Source: an uncultured Clostridia bacterium (GTDB taxonomy: Bacteria > Bacillota > Clostridia > Christensenellales > UBA1242). Taken from it: a stretch of DNA of 64,000 bases. Below, in pieces: positions 48,688 through 59,705 of this stretch. Numbering within the stretch: position 1 is the stretch's first letter; each line of letters begins with the position of its first letter. The translations under genes and the position numbers were made by a program. The notes beneath the pieces were generated by a model. That model ran no database searches, was not told the DNA's origin, and worked only from the letters and a program-made list of their open reading frames with translations. Location: contig CALVTJ010000005.1 of assembly GCA_944362545.1 (NCBI GenBank), positions 65,682 through 129,681 on the forward strand, read 5' to 3'.

Positions 48688-50809
48688 TTCCTGCCTCCAC
48701 TTTCTCAAGATTTTTTGAATTTAGCATGATTTCTTTTTCGCCAAACTCATCAAAATTGATTGTTCCCACAAGTCCATCATCCGAAACAGATTCAAGTGTT
48801 CCTTCGCCATAGCGGGCAAGATACACCCTGTCGCCAACATGATAACCACTGTCATAAACATCTTCTTTTTTTTCCGGTTTAAAAAAGTCATCCACCGCTG
48901 TGATTTTTGGCTTTGACTTGTCCACAATGCCAAGTTCCTTCAAAAACCTGCTCTCAACCTGAAAACTGTTTTTCCCATACATAAATCTTTTGCAGGCATG
49001 AGTCAAATAGATTTTCTCTTCCGCTCTTGTGATAGCCACATAACAAAGTCTGCGCTCTTCTTCCATTTCGGAATTTGAAAAAGTTGCACGCGAAAGTGGA
49101 AAAATTCCTTCTTCCAAGCCAACAACAAACACCACTTTAAATTCCAAACCTTTAACGGCGTGAATTGTTGCCACAGACACAAAACCACCTTCTTGAATGT
49201 CATCGGTGTCACTTTTGAGCATAACATTTGCCAAGAAGTCGGCAAGTGTTGGCTCTTCTGCACTCTCCACATATTCAGACACAGCCGAAAGCAAACTGTC
49301 AAGATTGCCAAGTTTGTTTATTGCCTCTTCATCTTTGCCGGCATAAGCCTTGTCAATGCCAAATTTTTCAATCACCTGTTTGACAAAATCGACAAGCGGA
49401 ATGACAGGAAGTTTTGCTTTGAGTTCTCTGATTGTTTCGACAAATTTTTCAAGTTTTGCATGATATTTTGAAAATTTGAATTTTTCACTCAACAGATAAT
49501 CCAAAACAAAGCCATCTTCCGCTTCTTTTTGCAAATTTGCCATCGCCACATCGCCAATGCCACGTTTTGGAAAATTTATCACTTTGAAAAGAGAAATCTC
49601 ATCTTTTGGATTGACAAAAATTGAAAGATAGGCAAGCACCATTTTGACTTCCGCTCTTTCATAAAATTTCACTCCGCCATAGAGTTTATAAGGGATATTT
49701 AAGCTCAAAAGCCCATCTTCAATCGGTCTGGAAAGTGCATTGATTCGCATAAGCACCGCAAAGTCATCATAGCCATAGCCATTTCCCACAAGTTCGCTGA
49801 TGGTGTTTGCCACAAAAAGTGCCTCATCACGCTCATCAAACGCCGTGTAAACCACCGGTGGTTCGCCAGCATCCTTGTCTGTCCAAAGATTTTTTTTCAG
49901 ACGTTCAGTGTTGTTTGCAATGACATTGTTTGCCAGTGTCAAGATGTTTTTTGTGGAACGATAATTGCGTTCAAGTTTAAAAACCTTGACATCCGGAAAA
50001 TCGTTTTCAAGATTGAAAATGTTTCGAAAATTTGCACCACGCCACGAATAAATGCATTGGTCTTCATCACCGACAACAAACAAATTTTTGTGCTTTGATG
50101 CCAGCAGTTTGACAAGTTTGTATTGCACCAAGTTTGTGTCTTGAAATTCATCAACCAAGATGTAATGAAAGCGGTCGGCATAGTGACCAAGCACCTGCGG
50201 ATAATTGTTGAAAAGAAAAAGTGTTTTGTTGAGCAAATCATCAAAGTCGAGCGCATTGTTTTTGTGCAGATAGTCTTCATACTGCCAGCAAATTTTTTGA
50301 TACATTTTTAGGTTTTCTTGATTGCCAAACTCCTGCAACGCAGAAAAATATTCATCAATGTCAAGCCCTTTGTTTTTGATGTTATCAAGATGTGTTTCCA
50401 CCTTTGAAAGCTCATCATCTTGCATGTTATTTCCCTTTAAGAGATCCTTCAAAATTTTTGCCTTGTCATTTTCATCAATAATGGTGAAGTTTCTGTCATA
50501 ACCATCCAAAAAGTCTATGCTCTCTCTCAAAATGCGCACACACATTGAGTGAAAGGTGGAAATCCAAACTGCTTTGTTGCACATTTTTGCCACACGCTCT
50601 TTCATCTCATTTGTTGCCTTGTTTGTGAATGTGATAGCCAAAATGTTGTAGGGCGAGACTCCTTTTTCAATTAAATAACAAATTCTGTGTGTCAAAAGTC
50701 GTGTCTTTCCACTCCCTGCCCCTGCAGTCACCAAAACAACTCCTTCAGTTTGAAGAAGTGCTTTTTTTTGTTCTTCGTTTAGAGAGTTTAAATCATAGTC
50801 CTTGTTCAT
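48680..50809 (-). CDS. pcrA: ATP-dependent DNA helicase PcrA (UvrD family)
   Basis: AGAGSGKT and DEFQDT motifs. Canonical pcrA-ligA order. An in-frame TGA 9 nt upstream fixes the start. No SD. Confidence 0.93.
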   Translation of the reverse strand: MNKDYDLNSLNEEQKKALLQTEGVVLVTAGAGSGKTRLLTHRICYLIEKGVSPYNILAITFTNKATNEMKERVAKMCNKAVWISTFHSMCVRILRESIDFLDGYDRNFTIIDENDKAKILKDLLKGNNMQDDELSKVETHLDNIKNKGLDIDEYFSALQEFGNQENLKMYQKICWQYEDYLHKNNALDFDDLLNKTLFLFNNYPQVLGHYADRFHYILVDEFQDTNLVQYKLVKLLASKHKNLFVVGDEDQCIYSWRGANFRNIFNLENDFPDVKVFKLERNYRSTKNILTLANNVIANNTERLKKNLWTDKDAGEPPVVYTAFDERDEALFVANTISELVGNGYGYDDFAVLMRINALSRPIEDGLLSLNIPYKLYGGVKFYERAEVKMVLAYLSIFVNPKDEISLFKVINFPKRGIGDVAMANLQKEAEDGFVLDYLLSEKFKFSKYHAKLEKFVETIRELKAKLPVIPLVDFVKQVIEKFGIDKAYAGKDEEAINKLGNLDSLLSAVSEYVESAEEPTLADFLANVMLKSDTDDIQEGGFVSVATIHAVKGLEFKVVFVVGLEEGIFPLSRATFSNSEMEEERRLCYVAITRAEEKIYLTHACKRFMYGKNSFQVESRFLKELGIVDKSKPKITAVDDFFKPEKKEDVYDSGYHVGDRVYLARYGEGTLESVSDDGLVGTINFDEFGEKEIMLNSKNLEKVEAGNG

Positions 50810-50845
50810 ACCAATTCATTTTATCACAAAAGCAGAAAAAGGCAA

Positions 50846-50870
50846 AAGAAAAAACGGACAATGTCCGTCT
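50846..50870 (-). terminator. Intrinsic terminator after rpsU
   Basis: Minus strand GACGGACA-TT-GTCCGT, then TTTTTCTTTT. Confidence 0.65.
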
Positions 50871-50873
50871 TTT

Positions 50874-51059
50874 TTAACCTCTTTTTCTTGCTCTCTTTCT
50901 TGCTTGTTCGCTCTTTTTCTTTCTAGCAACGCTTGGTTTGTCATAAGCTTCTTTCTTTCTTATATCGCCAATAATGCCATCTTTTTGGCATTTTCTTTTA
51001 AATCTTTTCAAAGCGCTTTCAAGAGATTCGTTTTCGCCTACTTTAACTGTTGTCAACTT
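50874..51059 (-). CDS. rpsU: 30S ribosomal protein S21
   Basis: [27 protein letters not shown]. Probable TTG start after AAAGGTGGTGA. The track ORF starts 3 codons earlier at GTG. Confidence 0.9.
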   Translation of the reverse strand, partial: KLTTVKVGENESLESALKRFKRKCQKDGIIGDIRKKEAYDKPSVARKKKSEQARKRARKRG

Positions 51060-51092
51060 TCTCACCACCTTTCAAGGTCAATTTTCTGCATA

Positions 51093-51121
51093 ATTTTAAC
51101 ACATTATATGTTCCTTGTCAA
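51093..51121 (-). promoter_or_regulatory. Promoter for rpsU
   Basis: Minus strand reads TTGACA (51116-51121), 17-nt spacer, TAAAAT (51093-51098). Confidence 0.6.
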
Positions 51122-51145
51122 GCGTTTAAAACCAAATCAACTGCT

Positions 51146-52381
51146 TTAAATTTCAGCAAGTGCACCATCTTTGAAAGACTTGACAATTTTGACTTTGACA
51201 ATGTCTCCAACTTTCAAGTCCCCTTTTACATAACATTTTATGTAATTTTCAGTGTAGCCTTCAAAAAATTCACCGTTTTTCTCTTCAATCAAAACATTGC
51301 CCATTTTGTTTTGCATGATAAACTCTTTTTTGAGTTTTTTGCCAACTTCTTCCAAGCGTTTGACTCTCTCATTTTTAATTTTTCCCGAAAGGTCGGTGTA
51401 AAGTTTTGTCGCCACCGTGCCATTTCTTTGAGAGTATGGAAAGATGTGAAGTTGTGAGAATTTGACTTGTTGCACAAACTTCAAGGTTTCTTCAAAATCT
51501 TCTTCCGTTTCGGTTGGGAAACCGACAATCACATCCGTGGTTATGCCGGCATGCGGAAAGAATTTTCTTATGAGTTTCACGCTCTTTGCAAATTGTGCTG
51601 TGGTGTAATGTCTGTTCATTTTTTTCAGCACGCTGTCACATCCGCTTTGAAGAGACAAATGAAAATGCGGACAGAAATTTTTGACACTTACAAGTGTTTT
51701 CAAAAATTCTTCATCCACCAAATTGTCTTCCATCGAGGACAAACGAAGACGTTTTCCAAACCTGTCCAAATCTTGCAAAAGTTTGCCAAGACCTTTCTTT
51801 TCATCAATTTGAAAATCGCTGACATCAATGCCAACAAGCACCACTTCCTTGACTTCATTTGGCACTTTTTTCACTTCTTCCAAAATGCTTTCCTCATCTC
51901 TTGACCTGCTTCTGCCACGGAGATAAGGAATAAGACAATATGTGCAAAATCTGTTGCACCCATCTTGAATTTTTATGAAAGCACGCGTGAGAGTTTGTGC
52001 TGAAAAAAGATTGTCCTCATATTTTTTTGGTTGGTCAAAAATCTTCCAGCCATCATTGTCCAAATTGTCCAGAAGTCTTGCTTTTGATGCCGTGCCAATG
52101 ACAAATTTTGCACCCTTCTTTTCAAATTGTGCATGGTCATCTTGACTTGCACAACCCATCACATAGATTTTTGCGGATGGATTGAACTTTCTTGCTCTTT
52201 CAAGCATTTGTCGTGACTTTCGCTCGGCTTCGTTTGTCACAGCGCAGGTGTTGATGATATAGGCATCCGCCCATTCAAGTTTGTCCGTTGCATCAAAACC
52301 ACGCTTGCGGAGTTCAAAAATGAGAGCATCGCTCTCATATTTGTTCACTTTGCAACCAAGTGTTAAAACAGAAAATTTCAT
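51146..52381 (-). CDS. mtaB: tRNA t6A37 methylthiotransferase MtaB (radical SAM)
   Basis: N-terminal Cys triad (LGCKVN...NTCAVT...GC), radical SAM CNRFCTYCLIPYLRG and a TRAM C-terminus. The rsmE-mtaB-rpsU order matches Bacillus yqeU-yqeV. Confidence 0.85.
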   Translation of the reverse strand: MKFSVLTLGCKVNKYESDALIFELRKRGFDATDKLEWADAYIINTCAVTNEAERKSRQMLERARKFNPSAKIYVMGCASQDDHAQFEKKGAKFVIGTASKARLLDNLDNDGWKIFDQPKKYEDNLFSAQTLTRAFIKIQDGCNRFCTYCLIPYLRGRSRSRDEESILEEVKKVPNEVKEVVLVGIDVSDFQIDEKKGLGKLLQDLDRFGKRLRLSSMEDNLVDEEFLKTLVSVKNFCPHFHLSLQSGCDSVLKKMNRHYTTAQFAKSVKLIRKFFPHAGITTDVIVGFPTETEEDFEETLKFVQQVKFSQLHIFPYSQRNGTVATKLYTDLSGKIKNERVKRLEEVGKKLKKEFIMQNKMGNVLIEEKNGEFFEGYTENYIKCYVKGDLKVGDIVKVKIVKSFKDGALAEI

Positions 52382-52382
52382 A

Positions 52383-53090
52383 TTAGTTCCCACTCAAAAT
52401 CGACACAAGGCTCATCATGGCAACCGATGCTGTTTCGCATCTGTAAATTCTTCTTCCAAGACTTATCGAAGTTGCTCCGGCATCAACAAATGCTTCTTTT
52501 TCTTTTTGTGAAAAACCACCTTCCGAGCCAACAATGATGGCAATCTTTTTATATTTTGTCAAATCTTTGATTTTTTCGCCTTTGTCTGTGCGTTCGTTTG
52601 CAAACAAAACAAGATCATAATCTTTGAAAGATGCAATCACATCTGCCACTTTGACAGGTTTTTCAATGATTGGCATGATTGTGCGTTCACACTGCTTGCA
52701 GGCATTCATGGCAATGGCGTTGAGTCTATCCATTTTATTCTCAGTCACTTTTGCAATGACAAAATCGCTGACAAATGGAACAATCTTTGCAATGCCAATT
52801 TCAGTCGCTTTTTGAACGATAAATTCAAACTTTGGCCTTTTTGTAATTGCCTGAAAGATAACGATTTCTTTACGCGGATTGCCGATGCATTTTTCTTTGC
52901 CAATAATCTTGCAAACCGCTCTGTTTCGGTCAAACTTTTCAATTTGACAAGCATATTCAAATTCATCATTTATGCTGGCAAGAAGTTCACTTCCAACATT
53001 CATTCTCAAAACATTTTTGAGATGATTGAACTCCTCTCCTTCAATGTAGATTGTGCTATCATTTTTTTTGACACCAAAAAATCTTCTCAT
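52383..53090 (-). CDS. rsmE: 16S rRNA (uracil1498-N3)-methyltransferase RsmE
   Basis: MRRFFGVKKND N-terminus and C-terminal SPOUT IVGSEGGFS. Start moved to ATG 53088-53090 after AAGGGAG. The track N-extension overlaps the dnaJ terminator. Confidence 0.88.
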   Translation of the reverse strand: MRRFFGVKKNDSTIYIEGEEFNHLKNVLRMNVGSELLASINDEFEYACQIEKFDRNRAVCKIIGKEKCIGNPRKEIVIFQAITKRPKFEFIVQKATEIGIAKIVPFVSDFVIAKVTENKMDRLNAIAMNACKQCERTIMPIIEKPVKVADVIASFKDYDLVLFANERTDKGEKIKDLTKYKKIAIIVGSEGGFSQKEKEAFVDAGATSISLGRRIYRCETASVAMMSLVSILSGN

Positions 53091-53181
53091 AACAACTCCC
53101 TTTTCTAGTTTTATATTACTACAATTTCTCGAAAAAAAGCAAGAAAATTGCCACACAAAAAAACAAACATAAACAAAATGT

Positions 53182-53211
53182 AAAAAAAAGAGAGCGCAAA
53201 ATGCGTTCTCC
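53182..53211 (-). terminator. Intrinsic terminator after dnaJ
   Basis: Minus strand GAGAACGC-ATTT-TGCGCTCTC, then TTTTTTTT. Confidence 0.65.
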
Positions 53212-53217
53212 TGAAAA

Positions 53218-54357
53218 TTATTTAACTTTATTTTTAAATTTTTTGGTTTCCGGGAAGTCATCTTCAGTGAATTTACTTTCCAAGTCCAACAACACAGCTC
53301 TTGCCTTTTTGCCAAGGTTTTTAGGAATTTCACTGCGAATTGTCACAATCAAATCGCCTTTTTTGTCAGAATTAAGTCGTTTTACTCCCTCATTTTTAAC
53401 ACGCAAAACAGTGCCGTTTTTTGTGCCTTCTGCGAGTTTGACAACTTTTGTGCCCTTGGTAAGCGGAATCTCAATTTTCCCGCCAAGAAGACAAGTGGTA
53501 AATGGAACATACATATCACACATAAGGTCATATCCATCACGCGTGAAGATTGGATGTGGAGATACTGTCACTTTGATGTTTAAATCGCCACTTGTGCCAC
53601 GCCCTGCTGGAGCGTTTCCTTCGCCACGCATCCTGATGGTTTGCCCATCATCAATGCCGGCAGGCACTTTGCAATGAACCTGTGCCGTGACCTTTTTAAC
53701 TCCCTTTCCATTGCACTCTTCGCACTTGATTTTGATAATTTTTCCTGTTCCACCGCATCTCGGGCAAACGGTTTCACGAATGGTTGTGCCAAACATGGTG
53801 TTTTGTTGAATTCTCACTCTTCCGGCACCCTGACAATCAGGGCAAGTGGAAAATTCTTTACCATTTTTTGCGCCAGTGCCACCGCATTTGTCACATGCTT
53901 CAACACGACTGTAGGTTATGATTTTTTCACAACCAAAAATTGCTTCATCAAATGACAAATTCATGACAATATTGATGTCCGAACCGCGCTGAACTGTTCT
54001 TCTTCTCTCACCGCCCCCTCCGAAAGCAGAGAAGATGTCAGAAAAGATGTCAGAAAAACCATCAAACCCCTGACTTGAAAAACCTTGACCACCAAAGAAA
54101 TCACCAAAACCACCAGAGGCGCCTGATGTGAATTGTGGACCATCAGCAGAGCCATATTTATCATAATTAGCGCGTTTTTTCTCATCGCCAAGGACTTCAT
54201 ATGCTTCGTTGATTTCCTTAAATTTATCGGCAGCATCAGGTGCTTTGTTTAAATCTGGATGGTATTTTTTTGCAAGTCTTCTGTATGCGGACTTAATTTC
54301 ATCCGCATCAGCATCCTTGTTCACACCCAAAATTTGATAATAATCCTTATTTGCCAC
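53218..54357 (-). CDS. dnaJ: Molecular chaperone DnaJ
   Basis: J domain KYHPDLN, G/F region and four CxxCxG zinc repeats. GTG start. Confidence 0.97.
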   Translation of the reverse strand: MANKDYYQILGVNKDADADEIKSAYRRLAKKYHPDLNKAPDAADKFKEINEAYEVLGDEKKRANYDKYGSADGPQFTSGASGGFGDFFGGQGFSSQGFDGFSDIFSDIFSAFGGGGERRRTVQRGSDINIVMNLSFDEAIFGCEKIITYSRVEACDKCGGTGAKNGKEFSTCPDCQGAGRVRIQQNTMFGTTIRETVCPRCGGTGKIIKIKCEECNGKGVKKVTAQVHCKVPAGIDDGQTIRMRGEGNAPAGRGTSGDLNIKVTVSPHPIFTRDGYDLMCDMYVPFTTCLLGGKIEIPLTKGTKVVKLAEGTKNGTVLRVKNEGVKRLNSDKKGDLIVTIRSEIPKNLGKKARAVLLDLESKFTEDDFPETKKFKNKVK

Positions 54358-54391
54358 GACTTTTGTCCTTTTTTCTTAAACTTGAATTTAA

Positions 54392-56254
<1,863 letters not shown>

Positions 56255-56263
56255 TCACTCCTT

Positions 56264-57031
56264 TTATAATTTATTTACGATTACTTTTGCATATCGTATG
56301 ACTTTTCCATTAAATTTATATCCCGCTTGGAATTCATCCAAGATGATATCATCTTCAAAGTTTTCGTCACGCCTTGTGGCAATCACTTCATCAAGGTTAT
56401 GGTCAAATTTTCGACCCACCGTTTCAATTTTTTCGACATTTAAGGTTTTCAGTGCACTCTTGATTTTGTCTTCAATCATCTCAACACCTTGCAAAATTTT
56501 TTCATCCGTAATACTTTTCTTTGCTTCTTTGAAAGTATCAAGGCAAGGCAAAAACACTTCAAGCACACTCTTTATTCCTTCTTGCTTTTGAGCATCCAAC
56601 TGCTCGGCAACTCGTTTGCGGTAGTTGTCGAAATCTGCCTGCAACCTTTGTGCCATATCTAAATATTGTCTTGCTTCTTCTTCAAGTTGATGTTCACGTT
56701 CGTGCGAATGTGGATGTTCATGCGGTTCATGTTCTGGATGTTCGTGATGTTTCAAATGCTCTGGATGGTCATGGTGATGTTTTTTGTGATGTTTATCATC
56801 ATCTTCATCATCATCATCTTCTTCATCATCGTCATCCTCATCTTCATCATCTTCATGATGTTTGTGACAATGTTTGTGTTTACACTCATGTTCATCATCT
56901 TCATAACATTTGCATTCCTGCCTTTCACATTCATCATGGTCGCACTTGCATTCATCATCACATTTATCATCATCGTGCTTGCAGTCTTGGCAAGAACAAT
57001 CTTTTTCTTTCAAATCTTCTTTGTCTTCCAT
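56264..57031 (-). CDS. grpE: Nucleotide exchange factor GrpE with a Cys/His/Asp/Glu-rich N-terminal extension
   Basis: C-terminal GrpE core (DFDNYRKRV...GYKFNGKVIRYAKV). It is preceded by ~115 aa containing about 11 Cys and more than 20 His. Confidence 0.9.
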   Translation of the reverse strand: MEDKEDLKEKDCSCQDCKHDDDKCDDECKCDHDECERQECKCYEDDEHECKHKHCHKHHEDDEDEDDDDEEDDDDEDDDKHHKKHHHDHPEHLKHHEHPEHEPHEHPHSHEREHQLEEEARQYLDMAQRLQADFDNYRKRVAEQLDAQKQEGIKSVLEVFLPCLDTFKEAKKSITDEKILQGVEMIEDKIKSALKTLNVEKIETVGRKFDHNLDEVIATRRDENFEDDIILDEFQAGYKFNGKVIRYAKVIVNKL

Positions 57032-58030
57032 TTATTCTCCTTTATCTTTGTTGAGTTCATCAACCACCACTTTAAGTGCCGAAGCAATGCCCATGTAATT
57101 CATTTTTTGCGGTCCAAACACACCAATTGAGGCAAGTTTGTTTCCTCCAACAATGATCGGTGCTTTGATAACCGAACATGTTTCATCATTTTCGCCAGAG
57201 ATAACAGCGGACATTTTTTTGCTGTCATCATCAAGCACTTCAATGAGTTCCTTTTCATCACTCAAAGTTTTGAGAACCTTCTTGGCTTCTTTGATATCCT
57301 TTTCGTTTCCAACAATTTCTGCTACGCCTTCTGCCTGAACATTAAGAAGTTTTCTCTGGTTCAATTTTGAAAGCCCAACAACAATGTTGTCAACCACCGA
57401 TTGAAATGCCTTTATCTCGCCACTCATCCCCTTTTTGAGTTGAGAAATGTTCTCCAGCATAAACCCCATGGTTTCGCCTTTGAAATATTTGGTGAGATAA
57501 TTTGATGCATCTTCGCAATTTTGAGCGGTTGCTTTAATATCCATGGTGTTTGTTATGTAGCCATAGTTGGTTCCAATAAGCACCATGCATTTTTCATCCA
57601 AAAGTGGAATGATTTTAAACTCCTTCAAAACCAAGTTTTCCATGCCATTGACAAGCACAACCGTTGGATAATTTGTTGCCTTGCTAATAATTTTTGCAAT
57701 TCCAGCGACAATCTCATTCAAACTTTTGGTTCTGTTTTCAATAAGTTCTCTAACTTCTTCCAACTCTCCATTTGATGCTTTGATGCTTTTGAGCATGTTT
57801 TCAACATAAAATCGGTAGCCCTGTGCTGTTGGCACTCTTCCGCCTGAAGTGTGAAGTTGTTTCAAAAAGCCCATCGCCTCCAAAGCGTTAAGTTCTGAAC
57901 GCAGCGTCGCTGTGGAAACATCAAGAGAAGATTTATCTTTGACCGAACCACTCGTGATTGGAGCGGCGTCCTTGATAAACTCTTCAATGGCAATGTTTAA
58001 TATCTTGATTTTTCTTTCGGAAAGTTCCAT
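57032..58030 (-). CDS. hrcA: Heat-inducible transcription repressor HrcA
   Basis: MELSERKIKILNIAIEEF winged-helix N-terminus. First gene of the hrcA-grpE-dnaK-dnaJ operon, with a CIRCE element upstream. Confidence 0.93.
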   Translation of the reverse strand: MELSERKIKILNIAIEEFIKDAAPITSGSVKDKSSLDVSTATLRSELNALEAMGFLKQLHTSGGRVPTAQGYRFYVENMLKSIKASNGELEEVRELIENRTKSLNEIVAGIAKIISKATNYPTVVLVNGMENLVLKEFKIIPLLDEKCMVLIGTNYGYITNTMDIKATAQNCEDASNYLTKYFKGETMGFMLENISQLKKGMSGEIKAFQSVVDNIVVGLSKLNQRKLLNVQAEGVAEIVGNEKDIKEAKKVLKTLSDEKELIEVLDDDSKKMSAVISGENDETCSVIKAPIIVGGNKLASIGVFGPQKMNYMGIASALKVVVDELNKDKGE

Positions 58031-58054
58031 ATAACAACCTTTTTTGATAAGTTT

Positions 58055-58083
58055 GCTAGCACTCTCGACTTTTTAGTGCTAGC
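58055..58083. promoter_or_regulatory. CIRCE operator (HrcA binding site)
   Basis: GCTAGCACTC-N9-TAGTGCTAGC inverted repeat, matching the TTAGCACTC-N9-GAGTGCTAA consensus. Confidence 0.9.
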
Positions 58084-58086
58084 ACT

Positions 58087-58115
58087 ATTATATGCAAGAA
58101 AAAACAAAAAGTCAA
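58087..58115 (-). promoter_or_regulatory. Promoter of the hrcA operon
   Basis: Minus strand reads TTGACT (58110-58115), 17-nt spacer, TATAAT (58087-58092), immediately upstream of CIRCE. Confidence 0.7.
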
Positions 58116-58169
58116 CAAATTTTGTCAACTTTTTAAAAAATTTTTTAAATTTTCTTTTTTGCACTTTCC

Positions 58170-58198
58170 TTGACAATCTTTGGCAAATGAAGTATAAC
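58170..58198 (+). promoter_or_regulatory. Promoter of the DUF4116-like gene
   Basis: TTGACA (58170-58175), 17-nt spacer, TATAAC (58193-58198). Confidence 0.55.
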
Positions 58199-58217
58199 AT
58201 TTATGGAGGATAAAAAG

Positions 58218-58553
58218 ATGGATGAAGAATTTGAAATGGATGATGATTATGAAGATGACATTTTGGAAAGAATGGAAAATGACCCTGAAAGTTTGATAAA
58301 AGAAGGCTATTGCAATCTCTTTCCAATTGAAAGCGCCAGCGAGAAACAACGTGACAATGCAAAATATGTGTTGACACAATGCTCAAATTATTACATATCT
58401 ATCTATTGGGCAAGCGACAGATTGAAAAATGACCCAGCATTTGTGAAGGAAGTTGTTAAATTGGATGACCGCACCTTGCCATATGTAAACCGCAATGCTC
58501 TCAAACGCAAAACCAGACATGAAATTGACTTTGATGATGAGAGAAGCATGTAA
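58218..58553 (+). CDS. Acidic small protein with a DUF4116-like repeat
   Basis: Start at ATG 58218 after GGAGG. ASDRLKNDPAFVKEVVKLDDRTLPYVN resembles the DUF4116 motif. Confidence 0.5.
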   Translation: MDEEFEMDDDYEDDILERMENDPESLIKEGYCNLFPIESASEKQRDNAKYVLTQCSNYYISIYWASDRLKNDPAFVKEVVKLDDRTLPYVNRNALKRKTRHEIDFDDERSM

Positions 58554-58575
58554 TTTGAATTAAAAAATGAAAAAA

Positions 58576-58607
58576 GAGAAAATGACCGTTTTAAGTCATT
58601 TTTTTTA
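58576..58607. terminator. Bidirectional intrinsic terminator between the DUF4116-like and XRE genes
   Basis: Stem AATGAC (58581-58586) pairs with GTCATT (58595-58600). A-run and T-run flank it. Confidence 0.6.
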
Positions 58608-58799
58608 TATCTCCACTCGCCCGACAATAAAGTCCAAAGAAACATCATAAAAATCAGCCAATTTCACAAGCAGGTCAACCGGTATCATTCTTGTTCCATT
58701 TTCATATCTGCAATAGTTTACCCGACTGACACCAAGAAAGTCCGAAACTTCCTTTTGCGAAAGTTTTTTTCTGTTCTCAAATACACAAAATTTTGACAA
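58605..58799 (-). CDS. XRE-family helix-turn-helix transcriptional regulator
   Basis: KLSQKEVSDFLGVSRVNYCRYENGTRMIPVDLLVKLADFYDVSLDFIVG. TTG start, with an unusually short N-terminus. Confidence 0.7.
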   Translation of the reverse strand: MSKFCVFENRKKLSQKEVSDFLGVSRVNYCRYENGTRMIPVDLLVKLADFYDVSLDFIVGRVEI

Positions 58800-58808
58800 A
58801 ATTTACAA

Positions 58809-58961
58809 GCCACCAAAGGCAAATTTCTGTATATTGAAAGAAACAAAGCAATGATTGATTGCAGTGACCTTGTAGTGTTTTACTTCAATGAAAATGACAT
58901 TCCACTCAAGAGCGGAACAAAAATTGCTTACGCCTACGCCTTAAAAAAAATGAGAAAATGA
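58809..58961 (+). pseudogene. Possible 3' remnant of a SLOG/DUF1273-like gene
   Basis: Frame reads FLYIERNKAMIDCSDLVVFYFNENDIPLKSGTKIAYAYALKKMRK then a stop. This resembles the C-terminal end of SLOG-type proteins. There is no start or N-terminal part. Confidence 0.3.
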
Positions 58962-59004
58962 TAGACTTATATAGATAGATATATATTTGTGCTTATTTTT
59001 GCAA

Positions 59005-59033
59005 TAAAAAACTCGCAAATGCGAGTCTTTTTG
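59005..59033. terminator. Bidirectional intrinsic terminator
   Basis: Stem ACTCGC (59011-59016) pairs with GCGAGT (59021-59026). A-run and T-run flank it. Confidence 0.65.
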
Positions 59034-59036
59034 TTT

Positions 59037-59705
59037 TTACAGCCTTGGAACATTTGAAATCGCCGATGCTGTTGGGTAGATTGGCAAATCTTGAAGTCCT
59101 GGGCAGGCGCTTGCCGATGGTGCTTGTTGACATGGTGGCAAAACAGGATACCCATAAGATGGCACAAGCACATCCACAACGCTTACCACTCTCACAATGA
59201 TTTGGATGCACCCTGTCACAGTGAAGATGTTTGGTGATGTAAACGAACCAATTTGGCTGGAGAATGTTGCCACTGCTGTGATGTCAACAGGTGAAATTGC
59301 TGGTTGTGGAACAAACAAAATCACTGATTTTTGCACAGTAATGGAAGAAACTGCCGTTCCAAGTGTTCCGTTTGCGTCACGATATGTAATTGTGACAGGA
59401 ACTGTGACTGTGAAACTTACATTGGCATAATTTGGGCAAGTGTCCAATCTGTCAATGACAAGGTCAGAGATGATTGGAGTTGTGTTTGGGGTGTTTTCTG
59501 CTGAAACATAAGTGAGTGGCAAAACAGGGTCGGCGGGCAAAAAGTCGCTTGCTTGCAAGATGATTCCTGTTTCCGTACTTGTGCAAACACACGCATCAAA
59601 AACCTTTGTCGTTTCAATCAAAATCTTTTCACAGATTCCGTTTGTTGGATTTCCATTCATTGGGCCAGGTCTGTTTGGATTGGTGTTGTTGATATAAAAT
59701 GACAT
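59037..59705 (-). CDS. Orphan 222-aa Cys-bearing, Val/Thr/Pro-rich protein with no signal peptide
   Basis: Start at ATG 59703-59705 after AAGGAGG. Asn/Pro/Gly-rich N-terminus, KVFDACVC motif, a long predicted beta region and a Pro/Cys-rich tail. Confidence 0.65.
   Translation of the reverse strand: MSFYINNTNPNRPGPMNGNPTNGICEKILIETTKVFDACVCTSTETGIILQASDFLPADPVLPLTYVSAENTPNTTPIISDLVIDRLDTCPNYANVSFTVTVPVTITYRDANGTLGTAVSSITVQKSVILFVPQPAISPVDITAVATFSSQIGSFTSPNIFTVTGCIQIIVRVVSVVDVLVPSYGYPVLPPCQQAPSASACPGLQDLPIYPTASAISNVPRL

Noticed and set aside
56750-56900. Short periodic GAT/GAA/CAT repeats at the DNA level, checked as a possible tandem repeat or CRISPR-like array
   Set aside because: They are in-frame codon repeats encoding the poly-Asp/Glu/His tract of GrpE. 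They show no repeat-spacer organisation.
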